Origin: Cycas panzhihuaensis
Lineage: Eukaryota > Plantae > Cycadophyta
DNA length: 64,000 nucleotides
Direction: 5' to 3'
Assembly (NCBI GenBank): GCA_023213395.1
Contig: CM041465.1
Location: 90,837,741 to 90,901,740 of the forward strand
The position numbers and the translations under genes are program-made. Positions within the stretch are counted from its first letter, which is position 1. Every line of letters begins with the position of its first letter. Below, one piece after another: positions 1 to 13,870 of the stretch. The notes under the pieces were generated by a model. The model was not told where the DNA came from. It ran no database searches and worked only from the letters and a program-made list of their open reading frames with translations.

Positions 1-167
1 CTCAATACCACTTCATTTGGGAACTTGTACAAGCAGACGAGATCGAGTTAGCTTATTATAGCACCAAAGATCAAACAATAGATATTTTCATAAAGGCTTT
101 GGGAAAGATCAAACTCGAGAAGTTCAAAGATAATTTGGGAGTCATACACATTCAGCTTATAGGAGAA
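1..167 (+). pseudogene. Ty1/Copia pol C-terminus (end of RNase H) and polypurine tract (PPT); element begins left of the window
   Basis: Frame from nt 3 reads QYHFIWELVQADEIELAYYSTKDQTIDIFIKALGKIKLEKFKDNLGV, matching the Copia YHFIRE..DQ.ADIFTKAL tail. Purine run AGGAGAA lies directly before TGTTGG at 168. Confidence 0.88.
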
Positions 168-677
168 TGTTGGGACTAACCCCAATGCTATTAAAGGAAC
201 TGTACACCTAGGGCCACCCAAAGCCACCTTTGAGGGCCCCTAGGGCACCTAGAGCCTCCTAATAGCCACCAGGAGCCGACGCTTCTTTATTAAGGTATAT
301 GTATTTATTTATTATTGTTATTTTTTAATATATTTTGAAATTATATGTCGACTAATGTGCAAGTAAGGTGATGGCACTTGTTGCCTCCCCAAAAACTCTA
401 TTTAAAGGGTGTGAATACCTCCTTGGTGTTTTTTAAACACTGCCAATATACGAAAATCACTTGTTTTCTCAAAATGCATTCAATTTAACGTCCTGCTCTG
501 CTCCTCTGAATCCATCATCATGAACTCCTCTTCTCCTTCTCTAAGGTATCCTACAGCTCGCCCAGCTGTAACCAAAGAGTGCCCAAGGGATTTGGAGGTC
601 TAATTAATGGAGAAGGGAAGGGTTTGCCTTCCTTTGATCACCAAAAAGAAGTGAAATATATGCCAAAACTTATAACA
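168..677 (+). repeat. 3' LTR of the Copia element
   Basis: Starts TGTTG right after the PPT. Candidate end TAACA at 673-677 and TATTTAAA near 400. The partner LTR is outside the window, so the end is not confirmed. Confidence 0.6.
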
Positions 678-2410
678 AATGGAGTTATTAAATAAACACA
701 CTTGCTAGAGGAGATAAATAACAGAAATAAACCTATTTCCAGCCACAAAACTGAAGCAAAATAAATATTACCTCATGAGTAAATAAGGACAGACAAGAAT
801 CCTACTTGTTGGGTGAAGAAGGGTCTTTTTGGAGGAAAGGAAGAGACTCAAAGCCTTGGAATCCTGTTGTCACTGTTGGAGTGAGCACTAAGGAGGAAGG
901 ATATTCTAGAGGAGGTATGGCTCAGACCTACGTTTTAGGGTTTTTCCCTTTCAAAGGAAGAGAATAGGAAGAAAGATTGGAAATATAGATAGGAGGCATT
1001 TTTTCTTTTCTTTTGAGAGCTAACAGAGGTAAAATGAACTCAGATTTCAGTTTTTATGCCCAAATGAGGGTTCTCGAGCGATTAGGATTCACTCACGTGT
1101 AGGAAATAGCAGTTTGCCACATGTCAGTTTCACAATAAATGTGAAACTAGCAATTACCAGGCCATGAAAGTTAATAGACAGTCGTCTTGCAGTAAACTTT
1201 ATAGTACCGCGAAGTTTAGTGTGGTACCACAAATATTGTCATGGTGTGAACAAAATACAAGAAGAAATAAGAAGGGAGACTAAGAGACCCCTAAAAGAAG
1301 AGTCTTGGGGTCCAAAAGTAAGATATGTTGTACTAGTAAGGGTTTTAGAGGACCTCTAGGCAGTGGTGGGGCCTCCTAAATATGTAAAAGGGGGCATAAG
1401 AGGCCCTGACGAGGGGTGTAAAATGTACACAAAGGTAATCAAGATAAAATGTTGTGTTAGGAATCACATATAATTCTAATCATAAGAAAAAAGTGGGTTG
1501 CAGGGGCCCATGAGTACCCGAGAGTGTTAAGAAAGTGGCATGAGGGGCAGCGTGGTGTCATAGGACTATGGTCTTAAGTCGTCAAAGGCTATATCACAGT
1601 CACAGGCATAAAATGGGTAGGCAAACCAAGCATCCCAACTATGTATATAATAATACCATACAACATGCAACCATCAAGCATCTTATCACATCCTAAAATA
1701 AACTAGGAGGAAGAGTAGAGATGTATACCTATGCCTACTTAAGAAGCACTATCCATGTCCATTCCCAATAGCTAGGAAACACAAGTGCACATATTGTCTA
1801 TTTCAAAAGTGGGTCTATAAATAAGGTATGTTAAAAAATATAGTTTATGGGCCTCCCAGTATATGTAACAAATATATTCAAGCAAAACATTTCATTCTGT
1901 ATATTAATATACTTTCTCCTATGGATGATATTAGCTCAAGTATCCATACTCTCAGTGGTCTTAGTTTTAGTCCTTCTAACTCTCAATTTCTTGAAGAAGA
2001 TGATTCTCATCATATAGATGATTTTGTTATTAAATAGTATTCTCTTAAGCATTCAGTTGATTTACATGATGGACTTTTACTTATTCAAAAGTAGTCAAAT
2101 AATTTTGATATAGGCAATTCTACCACTTCAAGAAAAACTCAATTTTAAGCAAATCATACTCTCACAAATGTCAAGTTTACTAGGTTAATGATGACTACTT
2201 CTTTGTCCTAAGTCAATATTAAGTGAAGATGTTAGAAATTAATATTGGCTTGCATCAATATGATGTCAATATTTCGACATGCCCTATTTAAGGGTAACCA
2301 TTCTCATGATGTAATATGTTGCATTTAGTTAAAGTATGACTTATTTATCATTTTCATTATTTTCTTGACGAATTTCAAATGAAAAATTATGAAGATTATA
2401 AAGTATTTTA

Positions 2411-2413
<3 letters not shown>

Positions 2414-2462
<49 letters not shown>
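2414..2462. repeat. (AT)n microsatellite fused to a poly(T) run
   Basis: AT dinucleotides at 2414-2446, then T run at 2447-2462. Confidence 0.95.
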
Positions 2463-4193
2463 AAGGAATACTAAAGATAATATTTTTAAAGAATCCTTTA
2501 ATGTTCTTATCCATTATATTAAGTTATTTGCCATTTATAACAACCATAGATATGTTTTACTATATAAAATCTATAATTTAACCAAAAATATGTCCACACA
2601 ATTAAAATATCCAAATGTAGTAGAAATATAAGCATTTGAAAAAGATATCAAAATTGATTGATTATTATAAAGCTAAGAGAACTTTGTGTGTAAATGACTA
2701 AAGTATTGCATACCTTGATAATAGAATATTATCAAATACATAGAATCTAAAGCTTTGCCATCTTTAAGGTGGGCCACCTCTAAATGTCCTATAAGTAGGA
2801 CATATGCTAAAATAAGTTAGCTAACATTTCCAATATGATCCTTTTACAAAGAGACTATGTCATATACATACTAAATTTTCCCTCAACTTACCAACCCTTA
2901 ATTAACTAAAGGCATATGTCATAATTGACACATTATTATCACAATTAATAAAAATTACTTGAGATTATACTCACTTACACATCATAACTAAATGCATCTT
3001 AATAATTCAAGCTCTAAACCATATATGATAATGATACTAGTAAAATCTATCCTTTTAATTTTCTCTCTTAGTATATTAACTCATCTCTTCTTCTAAATTT
3101 TGGAAGTTATCTCACCCTTCATAATATCCCATATTTCTCCCTATAACTTTGCTTTTCAATTTATTTGTTCCTTGTATGATATTTATCTTTTTTATTTGCC
3201 TTATTAATACTCTTTATATTTTAGGATGAATTAATTTTCAAATTGTCTCTACATAAGGATAGTCTTAAATTAGATGTGTGATTATTTTATCTTTTTGGCA
3301 TACATAACAACTATTATTTATTATGTTTATGGTGTTTAATTGAGCTTAAGTCATAACTTTATGTTTTACTTATATACTATGTTACCTTTAGGTAGATCTC
3401 AAACTACCAGAATGTGATAAAATTAGATTTCTAATATCCTCAAATTTTGATTATAGGGAATGCGTGGATCCCTAACTTTTATCATTGAACTACTACAAAT
3501 CACCTTGAACTTGCATTATAATTCCTTGGTTAAATCTTCCTTTTTCCTTTTACTTACCTTTGGGGAAAAAATAAAGATATTGCTCTTTTTATATAAATAT
3601 AGATACTTGGAAAATCTTTCTAATATATGAAATGATAGCCAAGATTGTATCACTTGTAATGGATCTGGTTCTTCGCATCTACTAGGGTTTGCACTAGAAA
3701 CAACGATGGCGAGGTGACCTACTAATGTTGTGAAGACGCATAGAGTGGCAAGATGAGTCCCAGACGGGCATGAGGGGGTGATAACACCTCCAAGATTTAA
3801 AGGGGAGGATGCTAGGTCATCCATCGTAAAGATCATTGGGTTGTTGAGCCACCTGTACATGGATCTGGCACCTTGATTAAGCAAAGGAGATAGTTATTTA
3901 TGTTTGAAGGATGGTAACTATCGTGTCTTTAACTATAAGTGGAGGAGGATCTACAAAGTAGTAGTAGAACAGAGTTCTAGGTTTAGAGAGCATGTGCTAA
4001 GAGAGGCGATATGCAACCTAACCGACTACAGAATACATGAGGCTAAGGTGATATCTCTATGGAGAATAGAGACTAGTGCTATGGATAGAGGAGAAAAGAA
4101 ACTTGATTGTCTTTCCTAGGTAAGACTCATTTGTTGGTTGATGTTTTGATTTGTGTTTGCTTTGTTGCATGATAGAGTTAGTATAAACATATA

Positions 4194-5470
4194 ATGGATC
4201 CCAAAACATGTAATCAGTCCTCAAATGTGTCTCTAGGGAGATCCTACTTGAAGGTGCTAAAAATAAGAAAGGAAGAAGAATGTGAGATAATCCCTATTTT
4301 TCAAGATGACAAAATTAGGATACTAGTCCCTAAGAGGTTGGTTGAGAAAACAAAGAAGCATTGGGAGAACTTCTTAGTTGGTAGATTCTCAAGACCTAGA
4401 CCTATTTTGGATTCAATAAGAAGCTAGACAAGGAAGAGGTAGAGGTTTGATAACCTTATGGAAGTTATGACCCTCCCGAAGGGTTGTGTGTTGTTTAAAT
4501 TCATAACCCAAGAAGATATAATAAATATCCTCTTGAAAGCTCCCTATATGTTAGGGAGGAAAGCCTTACTCTTGGAAAAATGGCACTCTAATTTTGATCT
4601 AGTGGTGCCTGTGATTAAGTAAGCTCTGGTTTGGCTCCAGTTACTTGGTCTTCTGCTTTAGTTTTGGAACATGGAGGTTATCAAGGGGATGGCGAGAGCT
4701 ATTGGTCCCCTCCTAGCTGTAGATTCTGCTACCAAAAATAAACAAATTGATAAAAACTAGGTTCTATATTCTAGTTAGGCTTGATAAGCCTCTCCCAGAT
4801 AATGTATGGATTGATATGTAGGGGTGTAGCAAGGAATAACCTTTGGTGTATGAGCTAGATAACTTTATATGCTTGGTGTATAGAAGGTTAGGCCACTTGC
4901 CTCAAAAATGCCCTAGGGAAAGGAAAGAGGAGGGGGTGAGGCAGGAGAAAATCTCGTGCCAGAGGATAGCTTGTCTAAGGAGGATTTTCAAGGGTTAACG
5001 AGTCTATTAAACCATTGTTTAGATATTGAGGAAGAGAATTAGGCTTTAACCTTGAGACAGAAGACACTCTTTTGGAGGAAGTAGAGGAGATCCATGGATT
5101 CAGAAAGAGGATTGAGGAGGCTACCCATCCTCAGGATGAGAAGATAATTAAGGGGCTAAATTTGAGGGGGAGATAGGAGGGTTCAGAGGGGCCAGAAAGG
5201 GAGGGGATAATCAAGGGGATAGCCCCTTAGGAGGAGCAGAGAGAGGTGGGTCAGAAAAAAGGATCCAGTATAGGGTCAGAAAAAACAGTAGGGAGACCTC
5301 CTTTGAAGATGCTGAGAGAGAGGGAAGCAACCTCTCAAATCAATCAGGGTACCCAGAAGACTTTAAAGGATGGTTTTTTAGAAGGACCAAGATTAAGACC
5401 TAGAGAGGAGGCCCGTAAAGGCCTAAAAGAGGAGGGAGGGGAAATATGGAAACCCAAGAGAAATAGATGA
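4194..5470 (+). pseudogene. L1 ORF1 (DUF4283/RRM-like region, zinc knuckle, basic tail), disrupted
   Basis: W.NFLVGRF..RP, LPKGCVLFKF, VWLQLLGL, a degenerate knuckle ending RLGHLPQKCP near 4870-4915, and tail GRPP...REREA...GTQKTL. Many stops and frameshifts. Confidence 0.85.
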
Positions 5471-8400
5471 ATCTAGTCTCTTGGAATATAAGGGGACTGA
5501 ATGCTCCCTCAAAACAAAGGATCTTGAAGGATATGAGGATGCGAGAGCAACCGGATATTATTTTTTTGCAAGAAAGTAAGCTGAATATGGAAAATAGTTT
5601 ACGAATTAAAGGTAATATTTGGAAGAAAGTCAAGATGTTAGTAGTGGACAGTAACCAAGGGGAAGGGGGAATGATGGTGCTATGGAACCCAAAAGATTGG
5701 ATGGGGGAGATTCTTAAGATGGGGGATAGCTTCATCTTTGTGTAGATCACGTGTAGAAGGTCAAACTTAAAATTGATGACTATGAATATATATGCTCTAA
5801 ACTAGTAAGCGAGGAGGAGAGTTTTTTGGGACAAGATTCTAGAGGATCATAGAGAGTACATTATATCTTGGTTGGTGGCCAGTGACCACAACTTGCCCCT
5901 TACCCTAGGTGAGAAAAGAGGGGGGTAGGAGGGGTGGTCGAGTAGCATGCATGATCTAGGTAGCTTCATTAAAAAAGGAGGGTTATTGGATGTCCCTCTC
6001 AAAGGAGCTAAATTCACCCAGTTGAATAGAATGATTGGGAGCCATCACATCCAAGTGAGGCTTGACAGAGTATTGATTAACTATGATTAAACTAGATGCT
6101 TTAATGATATAGACTTAGAAATGCTCCCAAAAGCTATATCAAATCATTCTCTTCTTCAACTCGTTTTTACTAATACTAAGAAGCATAAAGGATCTCCATT
6201 CAGGTTCAAAATGATGTGGATCAGACATCCAAATTTAAGAGACAAGATTAAAGATTGGTAGAAGATTCTTGTCCAGGGATATGCGATGTATAGGTTCCCA
6301 AAGAAGTTGCACCGGGTCAAGAGATAAGTGAAAAGTTAGAATAAGGAGGTGTATGGAAATATTTTTTCATCTAAGGAGCTGATCATTAGGAACCTTGAAG
6401 TTATTAAGAGGAGGATCCAAGAGGAAGGGAGATCTCAGGAGTTGAACAAAGTAGAAAAGGACCTAGTTGAGAACTTAGAGGAATCCATAATTAAGGATGA
6501 GATTCACAAGATACAGAAATCAAGGGCTTTATGGCTAGATAAGGGAGACAGAAACACTAAATTTTTTCACATGACAGCTATGAAACATAGAGTAAGTAAT
6601 AGAATTGGTAGCCTCCTTAACAAATATGGTCAGGAAGTCAAGGTTTAGGAGCACCTGATGGCCTCCGCTATGGATTATTTTAAAGAGATGTTTAATGAAC
6701 TGTGATGCTAAGATGAGGAGGATAAAAAGGTTTTTCTTAGAACCATTCCTAAATTGGTTAATGAAGCCCAAAATAACCTGCTCAAAGCCTCCTTTACCAT
6801 GGAGGAAATTAAGAAAGTAGTTTTTGAGATGAAGAGGGAGAAGGCGCGGTGCCCAGATGGGTTTCCTCCTGAATTCTATTGGGAATTCTAAGATATTATT
6901 AAAGGGAACTTAATGGATGCTATGGATGAATTCCATAGGAATCGAAAGCTTCTTGGTGAATGGCAAGCTACATTCATCATTTTAATTCCAAAAAAAGAGG
7001 GCACAAAAAGTATGAAGGATTTTTGCCGTATCAGTCATCCTCTTTAAAATCCTGGTAAACAGATTAAAGAAAATCCTTCCCTATATTATCTCTCTGAACT
7101 AAGAAGGTTTTATCCAGGGAAGACAGATTATGGATGGTATAATTATTATTCACAAAATGCTCCACTCAACCCAAGTGAAGAAGGAGCCCAGTATGCTTAT
7201 AAAAATTGACCTTTCGAAAGCCTATGATAGAGTTTCATGGGATTACCTATTAGAATGTATAGAAGCCTTTGGGTGCAGAGATGTTTGGAGGGAATGGATG
7301 CACTTTTGTATATCCAAACCTTAATACTTTGTTATTATTAATGGCTTATCTTCGACCTACTTTCCAGGTCTTAGAGATTTGAGACAAGGATACCCCCTAT
7401 CTCCTTATTTATTTATAATCATAGCTGAATTATTGGGTAGGGCCACGAAGGATGCTAGAAGATTAGGTATAATTAATAGTGTGAAGCCCACCTGTGGTAT
7501 TGATAATATTTTGCACCACCACTTTATTGGCGATAATATCTTTCTAGGAAAAGCGGATGTAAGGGAAGCTCATAGTTTCAAAGAAGACCTAGAAAGGTTT
7601 GAGAGGGCCAGAAATCAAAAGATAAATCTTAACAAAAGTAGTGTTTTCTTCATAAACACATTAGAGCATACTCAGAGGAGGAATGGTAGTATTTTAGAGA
7701 TGATAGTTTGAAAGCTTCCCACCTCATATTTGGGTATGCCCTTATTTGTAGGAAACATGACTAAGGAGATGTGGAATCCTATTATAGACAAGATTCAGAG
7801 AAAGTTGGTTGGTTGGAAGGGAGTTATCCTAAGTCAAGCTGGGAAGGTTCTACTAGTTACCTCCTCCCTTCAGAGCATCCCAATGTACCTGATGAATTTA
7901 TTTAGATTGTCGAGCTGGGTTTTGGTGATGATGGAATCTATTTAGAAGAGATTCCTTTGTTCTAGGGTGAAGGAAAAGGACATAGTTCACCTAGTAGGAT
8001 AGGATAAGGTTTGCCTCCTAAAATTGGCAGGAGGTTTAAACCTTAGAAGACTCTCACTTTTTAACAGTGCTTTAGTTGCAAAGAGAGGATGATGCCTGGC
8101 CAAAAAGGTAGGTGGTTTATGGGAAAGGATATTGACCTAAAAGTATCTTTAGGGAGGGAATTTTCTAAATGCAAATCTATCGTCCTCCCATAGATCCCCC
8201 GTTTGGAGGAGCATCCTAAAATCTAGAGAGATGTTAAAGAAAGGAGTGTAATAGAGGCTAGGCAATGGGAATATTATAAGCTTCTAGGAGGATGTTTTGT
8301 ATGGTGATTTGAAGCTAAATAGTAGACCTGATCTAGCCCCTTTGTAAATCCTATATGAGAGGAGCTACAGGTTAAATGTGAAAGACTACTAGGTAGGTAG

Positions 8401-9642
8401 GGGTACAAATAGAAGTTGGAGGAGATTTAAGGGTCTTGAGGGCAAGGCTATTTTCCAGGAGAAGATCGTTGCCCTAAGAGTGGTAATTGATAGGTGTTAT
8501 ATCCCAAAAAAGGAGGAAACTGATTTTATAGTGTGGCTTCATCTCACTCGAGTGAATTTTCTATGAAGTAAGGATATCACCATTTATGCCTCAAAAGGGG
8601 AGACCAAAGGAACTTTCTTCTAGAAGGAGTTTAGAAACTTGACCTCTACCTGAATATTATTGTGTTTTGGTGGATTAATTTGAAAAACAAAATACTCATA
8701 ATTGATAATCTTAGGAAGAGGGGGTTTGTGATGCCAAACATGTGTGTTCTTTTACCAAATTGAGGAGGAATCAATAGATCATATTCTCCTCCACTGTGAT
8801 TTTGCTAAGAAAGTATGGTGGCTAGTTTTTGGCCTATTTGAGATCTAGTGGGTGAACTTTGGGACTCTAGTGGAGCAATGGCTATCCTGGTATAGCCCTT
8901 TTAGGAGCATATCTCTATCTAATATTTTGCAGGTTTCCCTTCCATTATTGATGTAGAATCTATAAAAGGAGAGGAACATGAGTGTTTTCCAAAATAGAAA
9001 GCTTGACAAACATAGGATTTTCAGTATTATTCATACTAAAATGCGGGAGATAAGGAAGCCCAAAGATGAAAAATATGTGATAACTCAAGAGAGTTCTATT
9101 TAAAAAAAAAGGGGGGGTTACTCTTAAGGCCTAAAGGAGCATAGAAGGTCTTGTTCCTGGACTCATGGGTTTAAATCAATTTTGATCGAGCCTCGAAAGG
9201 AAACCCTAGGGAAGTTGATGGAGGGGATATCTATAGAGATTCTAAAGAGGGTATTAAGTGGCCTTTTGTTGAATACTATAGTCAACAAATAAACCATAGG
9301 GCTGAGATGGTAGCTATGAAGAAAGTCCTGGATTTGGCTATAGATTAGGGCCATGATAAGATAGTTTTAGAAGGGGATTCACTAAATGTGATTAATTTCC
9401 TCAAAGGTATAACAAATCTAGACTGGAGAACAAAAGCTTTAATTAGGGATACACAAAAAATCTTAAAAGGAGTTGAGGTTGTTCAACTCAAACATACCAA
9501 CAGAGAGGACAACAAGGCACTAGACAAGTTGGCAGACTGGGTGATTACTCACAAAAGGGCTATGGTTTGGGTAGAGGATCTTTTGGAGGACATTTTGAGA
9601 CTAGTTGAGGGGGAGAGGGCCCAAGAGATGCAGCAAAGTTAG
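5467..9642 (+). pseudogene. L1 ORF2 (AP endonuclease, RT, zf-RVT, RNase H), disrupted
   Basis: SWNIRGLN and IFLQESK (endonuclease); WLDKGDRNTKFFH; KIDLSKAYDRVSW and RQGYPLSPYLF (RT); EESIDHILLHC (zf-RVT); NFDRASKGNP, LEGDSLNVI and HTNREDNKALDKLA (RNase H). Confidence 0.93.
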
Positions 9643-9808
9643 CCACCGAGCTTATTGGGGTAGGGTGTGTTTGTGATAGCTATGGTTTAGCTAGGCCATA
9701 GGCTTGTCATGGCCATTTTGTTTCTACCCGAGAGGCAGCTGATGTAAAAGGTTTTGGGGTCCTTTTAAAACCCATATCAATTCTTTTACCTTACCAAAAA
9801 AAAAAAAC

Positions 9809-9840
<32 letters not shown>

Positions 9841-12157
9841 GATAAATATATATCATAAAGCTAAATGGTCATTTTAAAAGCCATAATTTATTCTTATATT
9901 ATATATGAGTTGTTCTAAAATAAACAAATATGGTAATATTTTTAATAAAATATTGATAATTCCAATGAACATTTTTGAAGAATTATCTATATTTACAAAA
10001 TTATTTTTGAAATTTTCTAGGGAAAATATAAGTAATGGGATATGACTAGCCTATGAAGTTCTTCTTGCTTATCTTAGTTTCTTAGATTAATATAGAATGT
10101 GATTCATGATGAATTATTTTCCTCCTGAGTTCTCTTTATTTTTACTTTTATTTTTTCCTAACCTTTAAATTTTCTATGAAATAACTTTCATTAGGGGTAT
10201 GGATGATTAATATTTCACACGCATTCAAGGATCAACTCTACTTCTACTTTAGAATAGATGATCAAATCATAAGTGATGGTTAATTTTGAACTCCTAAATG
10301 TGGATTCGAATAACATATTTTCTTATTGGCCTCTCAAATGTTTTATGCATTACTAATATATACGATGTATGATGCTTCTTTGATTATCCCTATTCCTTCA
10401 TTTACTATATCAAATTCCTTCTTTTGCTTATTAATAAACTCTTAACTGCCTTCCTCTTTTTATACAGGATCCCCCCCCCCCCTTTGTAAGAGCTTAATAA
10501 ATAGGATATGTTCCCTTTCATTATATTCTTCACTCTTACCTTCAAAAGGCAATGTTTATATTTAATCTTCATAAGATTTTATATTCTCTTTATTTGTTCT
10601 TCTTTTTTAACATTGTAAGTTAATTCCCTCTTGCCAACCTAAATCTATACTTATATCAATAGATTAACTTGATGCATTTTTTATATAGATTGAGATTTTG
10701 TATGTTCTTTTATTGCAATTAGTAAGGTAATTAATCTAAAGAGTTTTTTTCTTCCTTAATGGGAAGAATTTTACCTTCAAAATAGTAATTATTTCTTTGA
10801 TTTTTTTTTAGATAAAATAATAAAGCTCTAGGTTGAATCTTTTATTTATGTCACGACATCATTAATGATGGTGACTATTGTTTTCTTGTGATTATATTGT
10901 TGATTTTTTCATTATTATTAAAAGCACCACAATTATCTTTAAACACCATTACTTCACTTTTATCTTTATTCATTGCCAAGGATTTAAATATATTACCTTG
11001 AAATTTTATTATGACTTAAATCAACACCATATAATAATAGAAAGGGAGGGGATATATCATTAAGGTCATACATCAATTTTGGACTTATTATAATGACATT
11101 TACTACAACTTGGATGAGTTTAAAAAATCATCAGTGTTTTCATTAAAACATTGTTATTTTTTTAATGGCCTACTTCCCCTTGGTTTTTAAGCCTAATGTA
11201 GTCATAATCACTTTTATAATTGACATTGATGGATTTTTATTAACACAAATGGACCTACATCTAATTATTGTATTCATTTTACATACATATACTTTCTTCT
11301 TCATTCTAGATGGATAATTTTAGGGATCACCTCAAACAAACATCATATTAAAGATAATTATGATCTTGAGATTTCTATGATATGCCTATAAATATAGTAA
11401 TGGGAAGAGTCATTGAGTCCTTAAGGGAATATAACCCTTTAATACCATGCTTTTTTATTTCTTAAAGATCCATAAGGAAGTTGCGATGGCATGTTCACAT
11501 AAAGACATGAAAGAAGAATTTCTTTCCATGAAAAAATTATTCTTTCATAAGAGTATTTATATCTTTTATCAAGGATAAGAGAGTTGAGAAGCTACTATAT
11601 TATCTACTTGATGACTGCTTCATCACTCATTTTTCTATATTTGGAGGAGGAGAAGCCATTCCTAATGTGGCATTAATAATTATAGGCATGGTTAAGTTAA
11701 GACTTATTTGTGATATATATTCGTCTCATTCATAAATATTTATTCTTTAATAAAATTAGATCTACTTAATATTTTCACTCTATTCATTATACTAGCCTAT
11801 TTATTCATCTTTCCTTTAATTGATTGAAGAATATTTACTTTCCATACAAAGTAAGTTATTACACCTAATCTTTATTAGAGGAAAATAAGCCCTCATTTGC
11901 ATACTTATTTCTCTTTGTCTTGTGTATATACATATCATAAACTTGGAAGTAATGAATACTAAGAGTGCCCCATCATTAATTGGCTTTATTAAATCTCATA
12001 AGTAAGTAGGAATAAGTATTTATGATGTTTTCATTCTTCATCCCATTCAAGTACTTGTTGGCTTGTGTGGTCTTCAAATTAAAAACTCTATTTTTCTTCT
12101 TCTCAAACCTTATTAAGCCTAGTCATTTCTAGAGAACCATATCTATCACTAATAAAT

Positions 12158-12490
12158 TAGTAAAGTGGCTATGTGTTAACTATATAGATAATGTAAATGT
12201 GGTTTAATTGATAAGTTGATTAATTGAATGGCCATGATTAGTAAAGAGTTACATCTCTTTAAATGGATGTACTATATGAGTTTGACTATATACCAAACCC
12301 TAGGTTGAATGTATCATCTCATTGTGGTGTAATCAATATAACAATTAATTTGGCTTGGTGGGTTTTATCTCGTAAGAGTTTTCCCATATTAAACCTATAT
12401 ACTATATACTTGTACTCTATGATGCTTTCTTGTTGTGTATGATCAAGATCTTATAATTCAAAATACATGCATGTTTCATGTTTCTTCATA
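12158..12490 (+). repeat. 5' LTR of Copia G
   Basis: Aligns with 18024-18336 with heavy divergence. Termini decayed to TA...TA. Followed by an iMet-type PBS. Confidence 0.85.
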
Positions 12491-13870
12491 ATGGTATTAG
12501 AGTTATATAGATGTACATACCTAAGAAGGCTACGGTTGAGTGGAGGTAATAAGATTGAAGGCTATTTAGTAATACTAGTAAGAGCCCTATTTATGGTGAT
12601 TTTAATCTTCTTTGACAACAAAAAGAGCAACACAATTATTTAATGGTGATTGAAGAAGTCTTATTCACTTGTTAATAAAATTTTATCACTGTTTATGGTC
12701 TTAAATCAATATTGGGTACTATTTAATTATTTTGGGCTTGTGTTGAAGCCATATAGGTTTAGTTGGATGTATTAGGTACTCCATATATTTATTGGGCCAA
12801 TTTTGAAGGTGATCAAACAATGTTTCTTACATTAGACTTATTCTAGGAGTATTAGGCTCCATTTGAAGATCATTTGGCACTATTGGGCATTCAAAATTCT
12901 TATGCTTAGATAACAAAAAGAGTCTTGACACCTTCCATGGATGTGATCAGATCTATTTTTTTAACTTGTGTTTGTAGTATGGTGATGCCCTCGGTTGAAT
13001 AAGGAAATTTTGGAACTTAAATTGATATCGACTAATATATAGAGGTGTGTTAGTCTAGAAATCAATTTATGGACATTCATTATATAGTTATTTTAACTTG
13101 TAGAAGCCTATTGGTGTGTTGTGTGGCTCTTAAATGGTTGTAAACCTATAATTGGTGCCATTAAGTAGTCATAGGATCAATTTTTAGAGTTGTATTTGTG
13201 TGAATCATTGGTTGCAATAAGTGCATAGAGTTGCACCTGTGAAATCAAGTCGTTGCCACTCTATTATGGAGTCGTCATTTCATTTTCATACCATCATTAA
13301 AGATTAAGGTTGGTGAAATAAATATTAAGGTTTATAAACTTAATATATCACTCATATTATTTTAATCGTTTTTAAAATCTATGTGGGGATAAAATAAATT
13401 ATGTAGGAGAAAGTTATATAGTCATCCTTTTTAGGTATATTCTATTATATTCTTTTTTGAATTTAAAGTAAAACTAGAGGCAAAATAATTGCATAATGTA
13501 CACTTAGTTAACTTGATTCAAAATTCACCATTTTAAGAGAAAATTTTAGTGAATTATTTATGTGAAGAATTACGACTTACCATTTTGATAGCCCTACTAT
13601 AATTATTTCCTTATTTCTTGTCGTTTGAAGTACTTTTAGAGGGTTCATTAGTGTCTTTTGATGGCTCATTTGTGATGGGTGTAAAAACACTAAGCCCTAA
13701 GTCTGCGCGAGTTTTATAGTGGTGAAGATCTATATTTAAAACCATTGAAATAATGTGTTTCTTTTAGAAAATGAGTTGTAAATAGAGGTTGAATTGTGTG
13801 TAGGGTGTTGTCCAATTGATAAAATGTTAAGTAATTTAGTGTAAAATACTCATTTACTAGCTCATTTTTC

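Larger units (their letters stand above)
3638..9829 (+). mobile_element. Full-length, decayed plant L1 LINE with an RNase H domain
   Basis: Flanked by the 15-bp direct repeat ATATATGAAATGATA at 3623-3637 and 9830-9844. Layout is ~550 bp 5' UTR, ORF1, ORF2, poly(A) at 9796-9807, then (TA)n. Confidence 0.93.

Noticed and set aside
680-2400. Possible LTR or leader remnant and the 69-aa ORF at 1828-2037
   Set aside because: No termini, PBS, TSD or protein motif could be assigned.
2389-2631. Short ORFs with IYIYIY runs, also 35617-35802
   Set aside because: Translations of (AT)n microsatellites.
9850-12150. AT-rich sequence, also 18340-21780, that may be very old TE debris
   Set aside because: Too decayed to support a specific call by eye; needs a repeat-library or profile search.
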